Shown here: positions 12,245 through 23,610 of the stretch, in pieces | Layout of the letters: each line of letters begins with the position of its first letter | How positions within the stretch are numbered: the first letter of the stretch is position 1 | DNA from: Azolla caroliniana | Lineage: Eukaryota; Plantae; Polypodiophyta | Direction: 5' to 3' | DNA: 64,000 nucleotides | Assembly (NCBI GenBank): GCA_043228905.1 | Contig: JBHGNT010000001.1 | Coordinates: forward strand, 17,112,001 to 17,176,000 | Program-made: the position numbers and the translations under genes | The notes under the pieces: model-generated | What the model was told of the DNA's origin: nothing | What the model saw: only the letters and a program-made list of their open reading frames with translations | The model's database searches: none

Positions 12245-13780
12245 TTCGGTCTCCTTCCTTCTCTTCCTTCTCTTCCTTGTCTTCCTTTATCTTCTCACTT
12301 CTCCCTCCCTTTATACTAATCTCTTATTCTTCTTTTCTCTTATACTATGACCACTCTCATATCAACCCGTTTTTTCGGAGTTGAAATGCTTGAAAGAGAA
12401 GTTTCTTGCATTGGAACAAGAAAATCAACAACGGTTGGGGGAGCTTGAACAAATCACCTTAGAGAAGCAGCTGACGCAACAACAACACGGGGAACTAGCG
12501 TTATGCGTGAAACAGCTCGAAGCAACCATAGTAGCAATGCAACAACAAGGAGCCAGTACGCAAGGGGTTCAAAAAGAACCCAAGATCGGCCTTCCCATGA
12601 AATTCGATAGAACGTGACTTCAGTTTAGAGGATTCCTTAATTAGGTACGATTACTCATTCAAATGCATCATTCCCGTTATCCCACCGATGCATCATGAGT
12701 GGGTTTAGTAGGCACATTGTTAAGTGGCTCAGCTTTGGCATGGTTCGCTTTGTTGTTAGAAAAGAAATCTCCTTTACTAAACAATTTTGAAGAGTTTTTA
12801 AGTGAGTTTAAAGTTTGTTTTGGAGATATTGACAGCATAAGTATAGAAATCAACAAAATCCGACGATTATGTCAAGGTGATCATCCAACCTCCGCATATG
12901 GTGCAGATTTTCGCCGACTCGCCTCTGATATCCCCTGGAATGACCAAGCATGTATGGAGCAATTTCGTTATGGTCTACGTAACGATGTCAAGGATTTACT
13001 CTTGACCTTCCCTGAAGAACCAAAGTAATTGAGAGGAGCAATCAATCGTGGGGCGAGATGCGACAACCGTCTTTTCAAACAACATTCAGAACGTCAATTC
13101 TAGATGCCAAGGGCAAAAACAGAGCCCACCTATGCTTGAGTGGTAGCAAAACCTTTCCTAAGGGAGCCATATAATGTGTCTCCAGTGAATACTCTAACTC
13201 CGTTGGAAATTGACACTACACGTCGTCACAGACCATTATCGGAAGAAGAAAAGCAACGACACCGAGCAAATTGACTATGTCTTTATTGTGGTGGAGCAAG
13301 GCATATTGCAGTGAATTGTTCCCATAAGCAAGTTAGAAATGTGTTCTTAGCCCATGTAACCGTTAGTACTAAAAATACCTCTTCAGTACATGTCTCAACA
13401 CTCCTAGATTCCGGAGCTAATTCTTGCTTCATGGATAGGAATTTTGCCCAAGCTCATCAGATATCCCTAAGAAAACTCCCGTGTCTAGCCTCTGTAGTAG
13501 TCATTGATGGTCGTCCTATTGATTTCAGAAATATCATAGAAGAGTCTGAGCCCGTTAATATTGTCCTAGATAATTTAGCGTGTGTAGTATCCTTTAATAT
13601 AATTAGTATCCCAGAACATCCCATTGTTTTGGGATTACCATGGTTCGAATTACATAACCCAGAGATAGATTGGAGAAGAAGGGAAATCCGGTATCGACAA
13701 ACCCGAGGATCTACTCATAAGATTGAAACCATTTCGCTATGTGAGTTGTGTGAGGAAGGACACAAGGAAGAAATGTTTCT

Positions 13781-14199
13781 TGTTACCGGCCGGCAAGGAG
13801 TCCAAAATACGGAGTGAAGGAATTAATTAAGTATGGTTGTAAATAAGCATAGTATGGACGGACGGACTGGAAACGGTATGCCGTTCCAGATCCGGACGGA
13901 TCCCGAATAGGTGCGATAGGCACCGTTTTGTACTATGGACCGGAAACCTATTTAAAGGCCCGGAGCCCATTGTAATCGCAGCGGATAATTAATAGAGCGT
14001 ATGGTGTTTATACTTCTGTGTTGATTTCCGTTCTGTAATTACTGTTATATCTTACGCGTGTAATTAACAAAAGCGCTCTAATCGTGTAACCTACTTAAGT
14101 CGGTGTAATCGTTGAGTCATAATCCTATGCCGTAATCACCCTTTGGTGAAGTGTCTCCGTGACACCTTGTGTTAGGCCTTGTCCGGTCAGAGAACAACA
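13781..14199 (+). repeat. 5' LTR of F
   Basis: TGTTACC...AACAACA; direct repeat of 23192-23610; TATTTAAA near 13949. Confidence 0.97.
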
Positions 14200-14252
14200 C
14201 AGTTTTGGTGACCACGATTCCTGCTTTCTCGCAGCGAACGACGGCTTAATGG

Positions 14253-17200
14253 ATGACGAGACCAACGCACGACCTGGTTACAGACCGAGCTCGACGCCTC
14301 GCCGAACGGCAAAGATGGCGTGAGACTTTCCAGCAAGCAGCGCACGAAATTCGCTCGGATCGTTCGTTCTCCAACGAGATCCGGAGAGTCGCAGAGGAAT
14401 CTCTTCGGTTACAGCAAACTCGCGACCAGGACGACGGAAGCGGTCTAAGTAGTCTCCGGGAAACCGAACGCCTCCTCGAGGCGCTAGCAAGCGGAGAAAA
14501 CGAGGCAGAAGCCTTTTCAGCCTACGAATCGGATTCCGAAGGGGGATACAGCGTGCACACGAACTACCGGAGCAGCAACGATACCCCCGGCGGCCCGGAG
14601 GACGACGGGTCGGATACCGTGCCGACTCCAGAACCGGAACCGTTCGACCAGGGCTATCCGGAACCGCAAACGGAAGCCGTCAACCCACCAACACCGGAAG
14701 TGGAAGAAGCAAAGCCACCGACACCAACGAAAGAGCCGGCGAAGGTACCAGAAGAAGAGCCGGTGAAGGAACTGGAAAAAGAACCGGAAGAGGAACCGGA
14801 AAAAGCACCGGCAAAAGAACCGGAAGTGGAACCGGAGAGAAAACCGGAAAGATATCAACAAACGCCACTAAACCGCGGCCTAATACTGGACGACGACATG
14901 CCGTTCCAATACTCAAAGTATCGCGATGATCCGGACGCGGAAGCGCATGTTCATGCCTTCGAGCAGACATGGGAAGCAAATCACGCGTCCCAGCAATTGA
15001 CACCGGAGGAAGAAGAACGCTCGAAGATAGCGGAATTCGGGGTCACGTTGGAAGGACCAGCGGCACGATGGCGGCGGACGCAGGACCTGGCGACCATCAC
15101 AACCTTTGCAGAATTAAAAGCAAAATTCTTGCATTTTTTCCACAAGGAGGTCGACCAGACGACAATGGTGGGCCTGTTTTATACGATCCGACAGGAGGCA
15201 GGGGAAAGCATTCCCCAATTTGTCATCCGTTTCCAACGAATGCATAGCCAGCTTGCCCGTGCACCCCCGGAGGAGGAATTACGGACGATATTTTTAAACG
15301 CACTCCGGGAACCGTTACGCACGGTGTGTACGGTGATCGACTTTCGAGGAAGCACCATTGACCAGGTCATTGACCGGGTCAGAGAAATGGAAAATTCAAG
15401 CTCATGGCTTACACTGGGAGCACTGCAACGGGCGTTACCCACCGATGAAGATCTCCGGTTCCGGCAGGCAATTCAATGCACAATCTGCTTGAATGCCGGA
15501 CACTCGGCAGTGGAGTGCACCATGCGAACCCAGTGTGTGATTTGTCAATCCAAGAGTCATACAACGGACCGGTGCGAGTATAACCTGCTAAACCGACAAG
15601 CACCACCCGTCCGGCGGATCGAGCCAAGAAGCAGCCGAGACGAAGATGAAGATCGTTGGCAAAGAATGAACCGGTACCGACCGGTACAGGATGTCCGGTA
15701 CAGAGACAGACAAGAGAATGATGGCCGGTATAGGGATCAGCATGATAACTACGACCGGTATGAGCGATCGGACCGTTATCGGGAGTCCAACAGACGACAC
15801 GAGCAATACGACAGAGACCATTCCCCTGGTTACCGAAGGCACCAGGAGGACTACGGCCGATTTTACGATCCACCACGACAGGACTACCGAAATAAAAATA
15901 AGAATAATAAGAAACGTAATTTCAAGAAAAGTGGTCACACTAGGGACCCGGAACATGGAACCCCAAGGAGCCAACCGGCACAGAATGCACCACTCACTAC
16001 GGGACCGACTCCGGCTACCAGGAATGCTGAATCCAGCAATACCCGTAAAGAGTACTGCTACTACTGCAGGCAGGAAGACCACTACAGTAACCAGTGCCCG
16101 GCAAAGAGCTACGATAAACGACCAGCAGTTAATATGGTGGTTCCGGAAGTGGCGGATGTACAGCAAGTAACCACACGGTCGAAAGGCATCGCCAAAGAGT
16201 GGGAAACACAAGAGGCCATACGAAAACAGGCGACGGAATGGGTGAAGGAAGCCAATGAAAGGAACGTCGCGGACGCGGAACGGCAAAAGGCGAATACCAT
16301 AGGGAGTGTCGGCGGTAGCCACGCAGAAAACGAGACATGGCAAGCACTGCAAGAATGTCAGATCACGTTGCCATTAGGAAGACTCTTGCAGCTCGTGGCG
16401 CGATTTACGGAAGGACTAAAAACAGTCATGACAGACGGTATAGCCCCACCGGCACCAGTCCTCTTCTCGAATCCGGAGGAGGGACCGACGGTGGTGGACA
16501 CTAGTAGTCCGGTGATTACAGCTATTGTCAAAGGGCACGAACTTCCCGGCACAGTAATCGATGGAGGTTCTGGGGTGAACGTAATAAGCCTCCGCACGTG
16601 TGATGCCTTGGGTATACATGAATGGGAGCCATGTCTGTTCTGGCTACGGATGGCGGATACGAGCTCTGTACGGCCGACGGGCTTAATACGGAAATTGGAG
16701 GTCACCATAGGAGGTCACACATTTCACATCTCGGCTGTAGTGCTGCAGCTACAGGCGCAAGGCGCGTACCCACTGTTGCTGGGCAGACCATGGTTGAAAA
16801 CAGCACACATCAAGCAAAATTGGCGGAGAAATATGATTACCTTCCGGCCCGGAAAAGCCAAGGTCCGGGTACCGACACAACCACGGACGAGCAACGGTAA
16901 GGAATGCACACCGCTGTATGCGGAATGCGTGAACATGCTTGAAGGGTTGGCAGACGACGAAGAAGCCCAGTACTTGGAGGAACACCCGAAGATCGTACCA
17001 CTCTTTGAGATTGACGTAGCTGAAGCTGTAGCGCCATACTTGCCGCAGCGGGACGAAACCGAAGCCGAACCAGACAAAGATTCGATTCGGGAATTACGGC
17101 AAGCACAGGAAGCGTTGGAACGGGAAATGGCCGTTTCCCAACGGGTAAAAACATCCCAGCTCGACGAAGTGAACCTAGGAAGCAAGGACGAATCAAAGCC

Positions 17201-20123
17201 GGTACACATCGCCAAAGAAATGAAGCCGGAAGATAAAGCGGCGATGATCAAACTTCTCACGGAGTTTCGCGACGTATTCGCCTGGTCATACGAAGACATG
17301 CGAGGGCTGGACCCTCAATTATATCAGCATCAGATCCACTTAGGCAAGGACGCGAAACCAGTGGCGCAAAGACGTTACCGAATGAACCCCAATTACGCCG
17401 CCAAAGTGAAGGAGGAAATCGACAAACTCCTAAGAGTGGGCTTCATCCGGCCGGTAAAGAAAGCGACGTGGTTGAGCCCCATCGTCGTCGTCCCAAAGAA
17501 GAACGGTAAAATCCACGTGTGTGTAGATTACAGGAAACTAAATGCAGCCACAATTACGGATGCATTCCCTCTTCCGTTCACGGATGGAGTACTGGATGCC
17601 GTCGCCGGCCATGAAGTTTATAGCTTTTTAGACGGTTTCAGCGGATACAATCAAATCCGGATGCACCCTGACGACCAGGAGAAGACAGCGTTCGTCACCG
17701 AATGGGGGGTGTTTGTGGCCGAAGTAATGATGTTCGGACTAAAAACGGCACCAGCAACTTTCCAGCGAATCATCATGGAGATCTTCGGCGAATACATTCC
17801 AGCCTTCATGCAGGTTTTCCTGGATGACTTTGCAGTCTATAGCCGGGAAAAAGACCATTTGCAGCACCTACGGTTATGCCTTGAAAAGTGTAGGTTATAC
17901 CGGCTAAGCTTAAACCCAGCAAAATGCATCTTTGGGGTTTCAAGTGGAATATTACTGGGACACATTGTAAGTAAGGAAGGCATTGCGGTCGACCCGAACA
18001 AAGTAAACGCGATACTAGGGGCACCGGCGCCGAAAACGGCCAAAGCACTAAGCCGATTCTTAGGACAGATCCGCTGGCACAGCCGGATGCTCCGTCACTT
18101 GGCTGACTTGGCTACACCATTACACACCGCGGTACATCGGACACCGTTCCAATGGACGGATACGGAGAATAAGGCATACAATGCCCTGAAGGTACTTTTG
18201 TTGCAAGCACCCGTCGTGCAGCCTCCGGATTGGAGCAAGGAATTTCATGTGTTCGTTGACGCTTCCGACATCGCTATCGGCAGCGCCTTAATGCAACTTA
18301 CGGAGCCCAAATGGTACCGGCCGGTATATTATGCCAGCCGGAAGCTGTCCCAAGCGGAGAAGAACTATTCGACTACGGAACGGGAGGCTCTGGGCATGAT
18401 CTACAGTGTCACAAAGTTTCGTCATTACCTATTGGGAAGGAAGTTCTCCTTTCATGTGGATCACTCGGCGCTCCTGTACTTAGTGTCCAAGGCGTCCCTG
18501 ACCGGTAAGTTGGCCCGTTGGACCTTGCTGTTGCAGGAGTTCGAATTCGAGATCTTCCACCGGCCCGGTATCCAGCATGCCGTAGCAGACTACCTGAGCC
18601 GGTTAGAGTCCGGAGAATCAGGCGACGGAGTATCGGATGAATTCCCGGACGCAGAGTTATTCCGTATCACCTCGGAAACGGCAGCGGACGACACGGTGGC
18701 CTCAGAAGATAGGTGGCTGACAAACATGCACCAGTTCCTAAGCACGGGCCTGCCACCGGAGGAAATGAACCGGGACGAGAGGAAACGACTGGCGGTGCAG
18801 AGCCGCAATTTCTGTCTGTTACGGGACACTCTCTACCACAAGGGAGCAGATGGAATATGGAGACGGGCAGTCCGTAGTGACGAGAAACAAGTAATCTTAC
18901 GGGAAGCACACTGTGGGGTTGCCGGAGGACACTATGCCGGGGAAGCGACGGCAAGGAAAGTATGGCAGAGCGGCTTATGGTGGCCCACGACGTTAAAAGA
19001 CGCCGTCAAGTATGCTAAGGAATGTGACCTATGCCAACGAATGGGCCAGCCTACGGAGCAAGCACGGATGCCACACCAACCGGTACTTCCACTAGAGCCA
19101 TTCCAGAAGTGGGGGTTGGATTTTGTCGGACCGTTCAAGCCACCGGCAATGAGAACGGGTAATCGTTATGTCATCATGGCAACAGACTATTGCACTAAAT
19201 GGGTGGAGGCTAAGGCCTTGAGAGACAACACCGCGTCATCCACAGCAAAATTCCTGTACGAAAACATTTGGTGCCGATATGGATGTCCGATTGAATTAAT
19301 CAGCGACCAAGGAGGGCACTTCCTCGGCCAGGTAGTGGAAAGCTTAACAACGTTCTATGCCGTGGTCCATAAACGGAGCACACCGTACTACCCACAAGCA
19401 AACGGGTTAGCAAAGTCAACCAACAAAACGCTCCAGAACATTCTCCGCAAAATCGTCAATGAAAACCGGACGGACTGGGATACAAAGCTCCATAGCGCGC
19501 TATGGGCGTACCGAACGGCATACAAAACAAGTATCCGGACAACGCCGTTCCGGTTAGCGTTCGGCTTAGAGGCGGTCATGCCGGTGGAATTTCAGGTACC
19601 AAGCTTACGGATCCAACTACGGGAACGGCTGAATGAAAAGGAGTCGGAGGAAATGCGGCTAGCAGCATTATGCGAACTGGAGGAGCAATGGCTGGCCAGC
19701 ATCCTACACATGGAACTGGAGCAACGACGACGGAAAGCGTTCGTTGACCGTCACCGGAAAGGTAATGAGAAGATGTTCGAAATCGGAAAGCCGGTGCTAG
19801 TATTCCAAACGAGGATGGGCAAGATGCCGGGTAAACTCCGGTTTAGATGGATAGGCCCGTATTGGCTGACACGGGAATACAACGGGTCCTATCAGTTAGG
19901 GACACTTGCCGGTGAAGTGCTAGGCAAGTGGGTCAACGGATTTAGACTAAAGCCCTATAAAGGACCGATGCCAAATAACCCGTTTATGCAGCCCACCGGC
20001 ACTATACCGGGAACGGTACGGATGGAAGAAAAAGATGACGGGGAACCCGTAGCAGAGGCGAAGGAAGACACGGCAACCCGTAAGGAAAACGGTAAGGGTC
20101 CGAAGGGACCTACGGATGTGTAA
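14253..20123 (+). CDS. Gypsy Gag-Pol polyprotein, 1956 aa (Gag with three CCHC knuckles, protease, RT, RNase H, integrase; no chromodomain)
   Basis: Knuckles CTICLNAGHSAVEC, CVICQSKSHTTDRC and CYYCRQEDHYSNQC; IDGGSG protease; CVDYRKLN/LDGFSGYNQI/FLDD RT; DASD..YYASR..EREAL RNase H; H..GH..C..C, WGLDFVGP and SDQG integrase. Confidence 0.97.
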   Translation: MTRPTHDLVTDRARRLAERQRWRETFQQAAHEIRSDRSFSNEIRRVAEESLRLQQTRDQDDGSGLSSLRETERLLEALASGENEAEAFSAYESDSEGGYSVHTNYRSSNDTPGGPEDDGSDTVPTPEPEPFDQGYPEPQTEAVNPPTPEVEEAKPPTPTKEPAKVPEEEPVKELEKEPEEEPEKAPAKEPEVEPERKPERYQQTPLNRGLILDDDMPFQYSKYRDDPDAEAHVHAFEQTWEANHASQQLTPEEEERSKIAEFGVTLEGPAARWRRTQDLATITTFAELKAKFLHFFHKEVDQTTMVGLFYTIRQEAGESIPQFVIRFQRMHSQLARAPPEEELRTIFLNALREPLRTVCTVIDFRGSTIDQVIDRVREMENSSSWLTLGALQRALPTDEDLRFRQAIQCTICLNAGHSAVECTMRTQCVICQSKSHTTDRCEYNLLNRQAPPVRRIEPRSSRDEDEDRWQRMNRYRPVQDVRYRDRQENDGRYRDQHDNYDRYERSDRYRESNRRHEQYDRDHSPGYRRHQEDYGRFYDPPRQDYRNKNKNNKKRNFKKSGHTRDPEHGTPRSQPAQNAPLTTGPTPATRNAESSNTRKEYCYYCRQEDHYSNQCPAKSYDKRPAVNMVVPEVADVQQVTTRSKGIAKEWETQEAIRKQATEWVKEANERNVADAERQKANTIGSVGGSHAENETWQALQECQITLPLGRLLQLVARFTEGLKTVMTDGIAPPAPVLFSNPEEGPTVVDTSSPVITAIVKGHELPGTVIDGGSGVNVISLRTCDALGIHEWEPCLFWLRMADTSSVRPTGLIRKLEVTIGGHTFHISAVVLQLQAQGAYPLLLGRPWLKTAHIKQNWRRNMITFRPGKAKVRVPTQPRTSNGKECTPLYAECVNMLEGLADDEEAQYLEEHPKIVPLFEIDVAEAVAPYLPQRDETEAEPDKDSIRELRQAQEALEREMAVSQRVKTSQLDEVNLGSKDESKPVHIAKEMKPEDKAAMIKLLTEFRDVFAWSYEDMRGLDPQLYQHQIHLGKDAKPVAQRRYRMNPNYAAKVKEEIDKLLRVGFIRPVKKATWLSPIVVVPKKNGKIHVCVDYRKLNAATITDAFPLPFTDGVLDAVAGHEVYSFLDGFSGYNQIRMHPDDQEKTAFVTEWGVFVAEVMMFGLKTAPATFQRIIMEIFGEYIPAFMQVFLDDFAVYSREKDHLQHLRLCLEKCRLYRLSLNPAKCIFGVSSGILLGHIVSKEGIAVDPNKVNAILGAPAPKTAKALSRFLGQIRWHSRMLRHLADLATPLHTAVHRTPFQWTDTENKAYNALKVLLLQAPVVQPPDWSKEFHVFVDASDIAIGSALMQLTEPKWYRPVYYASRKLSQAEKNYSTTEREALGMIYSVTKFRHYLLGRKFSFHVDHSALLYLVSKASLTGKLARWTLLLQEFEFEIFHRPGIQHAVADYLSRLESGESGDGVSDEFPDAELFRITSETAADDTVASEDRWLTNMHQFLSTGLPPEEMNRDERKRLAVQSRNFCLLRDTLYHKGADGIWRRAVRSDEKQVILREAHCGVAGGHYAGEATARKVWQSGLWWPTTLKDAVKYAKECDLCQRMGQPTEQARMPHQPVLPLEPFQKWGLDFVGPFKPPAMRTGNRYVIMATDYCTKWVEAKALRDNTASSTAKFLYENIWCRYGCPIELISDQGGHFLGQVVESLTTFYAVVHKRSTPYYPQANGLAKSTNKTLQNILRKIVNENRTDWDTKLHSALWAYRTAYKTSIRTTPFRLAFGLEAVMPVEFQVPSLRIQLRERLNEKESEEMRLAALCELEEQWLASILHMELEQRRRKAFVDRHRKGNEKMFEIGKPVLVFQTRMGKMPGKLRFRWIGPYWLTREYNGSYQLGTLAGEVLGKWVNGFRLKPYKGPMPNNPFMQPTGTIPGTVRMEEKDDGEPVAEAKEDTATRKENGKGPKGPTDV

Positions 20124-20483
20124 GATCACATACCGTCATTAAAAAAAAAAAGAAATCATTAAAAATCGAGGTATGAACGGACGTGAAAGCAAGGAGCGAA
20201 AAGGTACGTAGTGGGCATTTAAGAGCCGCCACGTTACTTAATACTAAATTGGTACACGACGTGCGCATGCTCGGAAAAGGGCGCCAAGACGCACAGAGAA
20301 AAAGCAGAACGCATGGAGACCTTTTCATTTCGCGAGCCAAGAAGCACAGAAGCACCAAGGCAGTGGAAGCTTAGCAAACGCGAACCTGCACTCAGAGAAC
20401 CCCCACGTTCCACATTCTCTCTCTCTCGCTCTCACTCTCATCACCACTCTACCTCGCCATCTTTCCTCGACCTCGAAGCAGAC

Positions 20484-23139
20484 ATGGACCCACAAACGTT
20501 GTCGGAAGCGGCCAGGAAATGGCTCAGGCAACACGGACTGGATGGGTTCTTGACCATCATGGAGGCACCACCGCACAAAGAAGCCGACCGGGTCATCAAG
20601 GAGCTCGACACAGAAGTCATCACCGAGGAAGCGATCCGTGCGCTAACAGGCCTTCCGGAGGGAGGTATTTTTCAGATCGATAACCCAACCTCGGAGCAAC
20701 TCATCCGATATTTCGGTGAGTACTCTCTAGCCGGCAAAGGCTATCGAACGCAGGGCGGCGAAGACCCGCTATTCAGGGAGATAGCTCGAGTGCTCCATGA
20801 GTACGGCCACGTGTACCCCCGACCCCCTGTCATGCCAAAAAATCGGGCAGGGATGATCATAGCCACCTATGAAGGGATCAAGGTGGATTGGCCGGTGTTG
20901 ATTGCAGATGGTTTGTGCGCGGCAATCGACACGGTACGAGGAAAGGACGGCAAGGAGGGCCGGAAGCTGTGCCATGCCCTAGCTCAGTGGATAACATTGC
21001 TCGCGCCGCCGGTCGAGACCGTCCAGCTAAAGAAGCGGCCAAGATTATCGGAAGGAAGCACCTCGAAACCCACGTCCAAACAACAGCAGCTGCTGGCGTC
21101 GAAGGCGACGAAAGGGAAGAAACGGCTCCCAGAACCGGAGGAGGTGTCACCGGTCCGACCCGTTAAGATAACCATACGGCGACCGGGACAGAAGGAACTG
21201 GAACCCTTGACGGCACAGATACATGCCGTTACCCAGGAAGAGGAAACGGAGGAGCTAGTAGAGCACCTCCAACGACGGTCAAGAAGTAGGACCGCCGGGA
21301 CAGCGGGGGAGCGTTCGGACCCGCAAAAGGAAGAAACGCCCCCAACTCAACCTGAGCAAACCACAAGGGAGGAACCGGAACCGGTGCGTATAGAACCGGC
21401 CTTGTCGACTTCTATACAAGAAGTCAGTCCAACGGCTCCGGAGACGGCGAGAACCGGAACTCAACAGCCGGCGAGCCCAGCCAGCACACACAGCGGCCAA
21501 GGAGTTGAACGAGAACGGCAGATACAGGCACTCAGGCCAGACAATTCCACAGTGAACGAGCCGACCCGACCAGTACAGCAGCAAGGCACCAGTAGCATGT
21601 GGCTACGGTGGGTAGGCGAGCAAATCGCCGGAGCGGTCGAGTACATAGAGGCGGAGGAGAGAGCGCACCACGAACGGTTGCTCGTCACAACCGTAGATCT
21701 AGAGACGGCCCGGTCCAGAATCCGGAGCCTTGAACAAGACTTGGACAGGGTCACAAGGGAAATGGCTCAATTGGCTTTGACAACACAAGTCCAAGCACCA
21801 GTGACTCCGGGCAATGTACAGAATAAAGCGTCAGATCAACCTGTACATAGCAATCAGACCCCGGCAACGGAAACCGTTCCGGAGAGAAATGTGGCACAAG
21901 CCCAAGAGCTTGCGGACTTAAAGGATGAGCTAGCTGCCCAAGAAGCGCTGAGGAGCCGCGAAAGAGAGTTGAAGACGGCAGTGGAGGCAGAACTCAAAAA
22001 GACTGCTGACAATCTACGCCGGGCCGAGGAGAGCTTACGAAAAGGCCACCAAGCATACGACCGGCTCAAGGAGGAGAAGGAGAAAATGCTGCAAGAGAAG
22101 GACAGGCTCCGGAGAAACGCCGAAACAGAAGTAGAGCGCCTGAAAGAGGAACTCCGGGAGGACTAGAACCATCGCCAGATCAACGGCAAGCTCAAACAAA
22201 AAAACGGAGGAATTTGAGCACTTGCACCGGGAGTATAAACGGTTGCAAACGGAGCACAAGGAACGGACGGATGAGCTCCGGCAAGCAGTTGATCGGACCG
22301 CAACGGCATACGCTAATGAACAAGCAGAAACCAGAAGACGGTTGGAAGAGGCGGAGAAGGTTCGGACAGAGCTCCTCAGGCAACAGCAGGCGGAAAGAGA
22401 AAGAGCGGCGGAGGTACTGCAAAGGCTGCAGACAACATATCAAGGGCAGCTGACGCGCTACAGAGAGCAGGCGGAGGATACGGCTAATCTCATCAAGCAG
22501 TTGAAGGAGGAACGACAAGTTGTGGAAAGTAGAGCGCAAATGGGAGCAAGTCGCATCCAGGATATCATGCGGGCCTGGTTGAACCAGACCAAGAGCTTGA
22601 TTGACAACGGTTCCGTCAAATGGTGGACCAAGTGGGCCACGAACGCGGCGGAACTCCAATTGCTCCGGGCCGACGTAGAGAACCGGCGGAAGGAGGGAGA
22701 TGATTGCTATATGCTGACTTCCGAAGACTTCACCGGCATAAGAGATGAGCTGGCCGAAGACTTTCAAGCCTTGGCAGAGGACCAACTAGGGCAAGTCCGG
22801 CAACTTGTAGCTCAGCTGGACGACGACAGGCTGGAGGCGCAGATCCAGTTTGAAAGCTACGAGAGGTCCCGGATCCGGGAAGAGAAAGCACGAGAACCAG
22901 TAACGGTCAACCTCAGTGATGAGGAACCGTTATTGGAAGGAGACCGGATCGGAAGCAGTCAAACGGGGATGCCGGAGTCAGAGAATCAAACGGAGCAGCC
23001 GCCTATAGAGCAGCCGGAGCAGTCTTAGTCCCAACCGCAACCACAGCAGCAGCAGCAAGCACAGCCGCAACAACCACAACCGAAAGAACAATTGGAAACT
23101 CTGGAACAAAGTATTTTGGACAATTTGGGTGAACAATGA
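20484..23139 (+). pseudogene. Extra ORF (ORF2) of F: globular N-terminal domain, low-complexity linker and long coiled coil; about 884 aa if repaired
   Basis: Track ORFs 20313-22166 and 22222-23028 join by reading through TAG 22164-22166 and removing one A from the A7 run near 22198-22204; a second TAG at 23026-23028 precedes the end ILDNLGEQ*. Homologous to ORF2 of element G. Confidence 0.8.
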
Positions 23140-23151
23140 AGGGGCCGAGAA

Positions 23152-23189
23152 GGGTTCGACGTACAAGGTACTGTCCCACGGGCGTGCCA
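23152..23189 (+). other. tRNA-3'-end-like motif occupying the PPT position of F
   Basis: GGGTTCGA-cgtacaaggtact-GTCCCACGGGCGTGCCA, then 2 nt, then TG of the 3' LTR. Confidence 0.8.
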
Positions 23190-23191
23190 TG

Positions 23192-23610
23192 TGTTACCGA
23201 CCGGCAAGGAGTCCAAAATACGGAGTGAAGGAATTAATTAAGTATGGTTGTAAATAAGCATAGTATGGACGGACGGACTGGAAACGGTATGCCGTTCCAG
23301 ATCCGGACGGATCCCGAATAGGTGCGATAGGCACCGTTTTGTACTATGGACCGGAAACCTATTTAAAGGCCGGGAGCCCATTGTAATCGCAGCGGATAAT
23401 TAATAGAGCGTATGGTGTTTATACTTCTGTGTTGATTTCCGTTCTGTAATTACTGTTATATCTTACGCGTGTAATTAACAAAAGCGCTCTAATTGTGTAA
23501 CCTACTTAAGTCGGTGTAATCGTTGAGTCATAATCCTATGCCGTAATCACCCTTTGGTGAAGTGTCTCCGTGACACCTTGTGTTAGGCCTTGTCCGGTCA
23601 GAGAACAACA
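23192..23610 (+). repeat. 3' LTR of F
   Basis: Direct repeat of 13781-14199, followed by TSD TTTCT. Confidence 0.97.

Larger units (their letters stand above)
13781..23610 (+). mobile_element. Element F: young full-length non-chromovirus (Athila/Tat-like) Ty3/gypsy with extra 3' ORF
   Basis: LTRs 13781-14199 and 23192-23610 (419 bp, 3 mismatches); TSD TTTCT at 13776-13780 and 23611-23615; PBS-like TGGTGACCAC 14206-14215; intact Gag-Pol. Confidence 0.97.

Noticed and set aside
12381-13817. Domesticated PEG10/RTL1-like host gene
   Set aside because: Multiple stops, flanking LTRs and a second decayed copy (E) show ordinary chromovirus gag-protease.
15588-17299. Antisense ORFs inside gag-pol (also 33382-34074, 5068-5505 and similar)
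   Set aside because: Shadow frames of GC-rich coding sequence with no recognisable motifs.
23131-23154. Purine-rich GAACAATGAAGGGGCCGAGAAGGG as the PPT of F
   Set aside because: It is interrupted and ends ~37 nt before the LTR boundary fixed by LTR identity and the TSD; kept only as an alternative hypothesis.
13781-23610. F transcribed on the minus strand, with the 3' motif as its ordinary PBS
   Set aside because: Both ORFs, the TATA-like box and a TGG PBS-like site lie on the plus strand, and no PPT exists at the opposite end.
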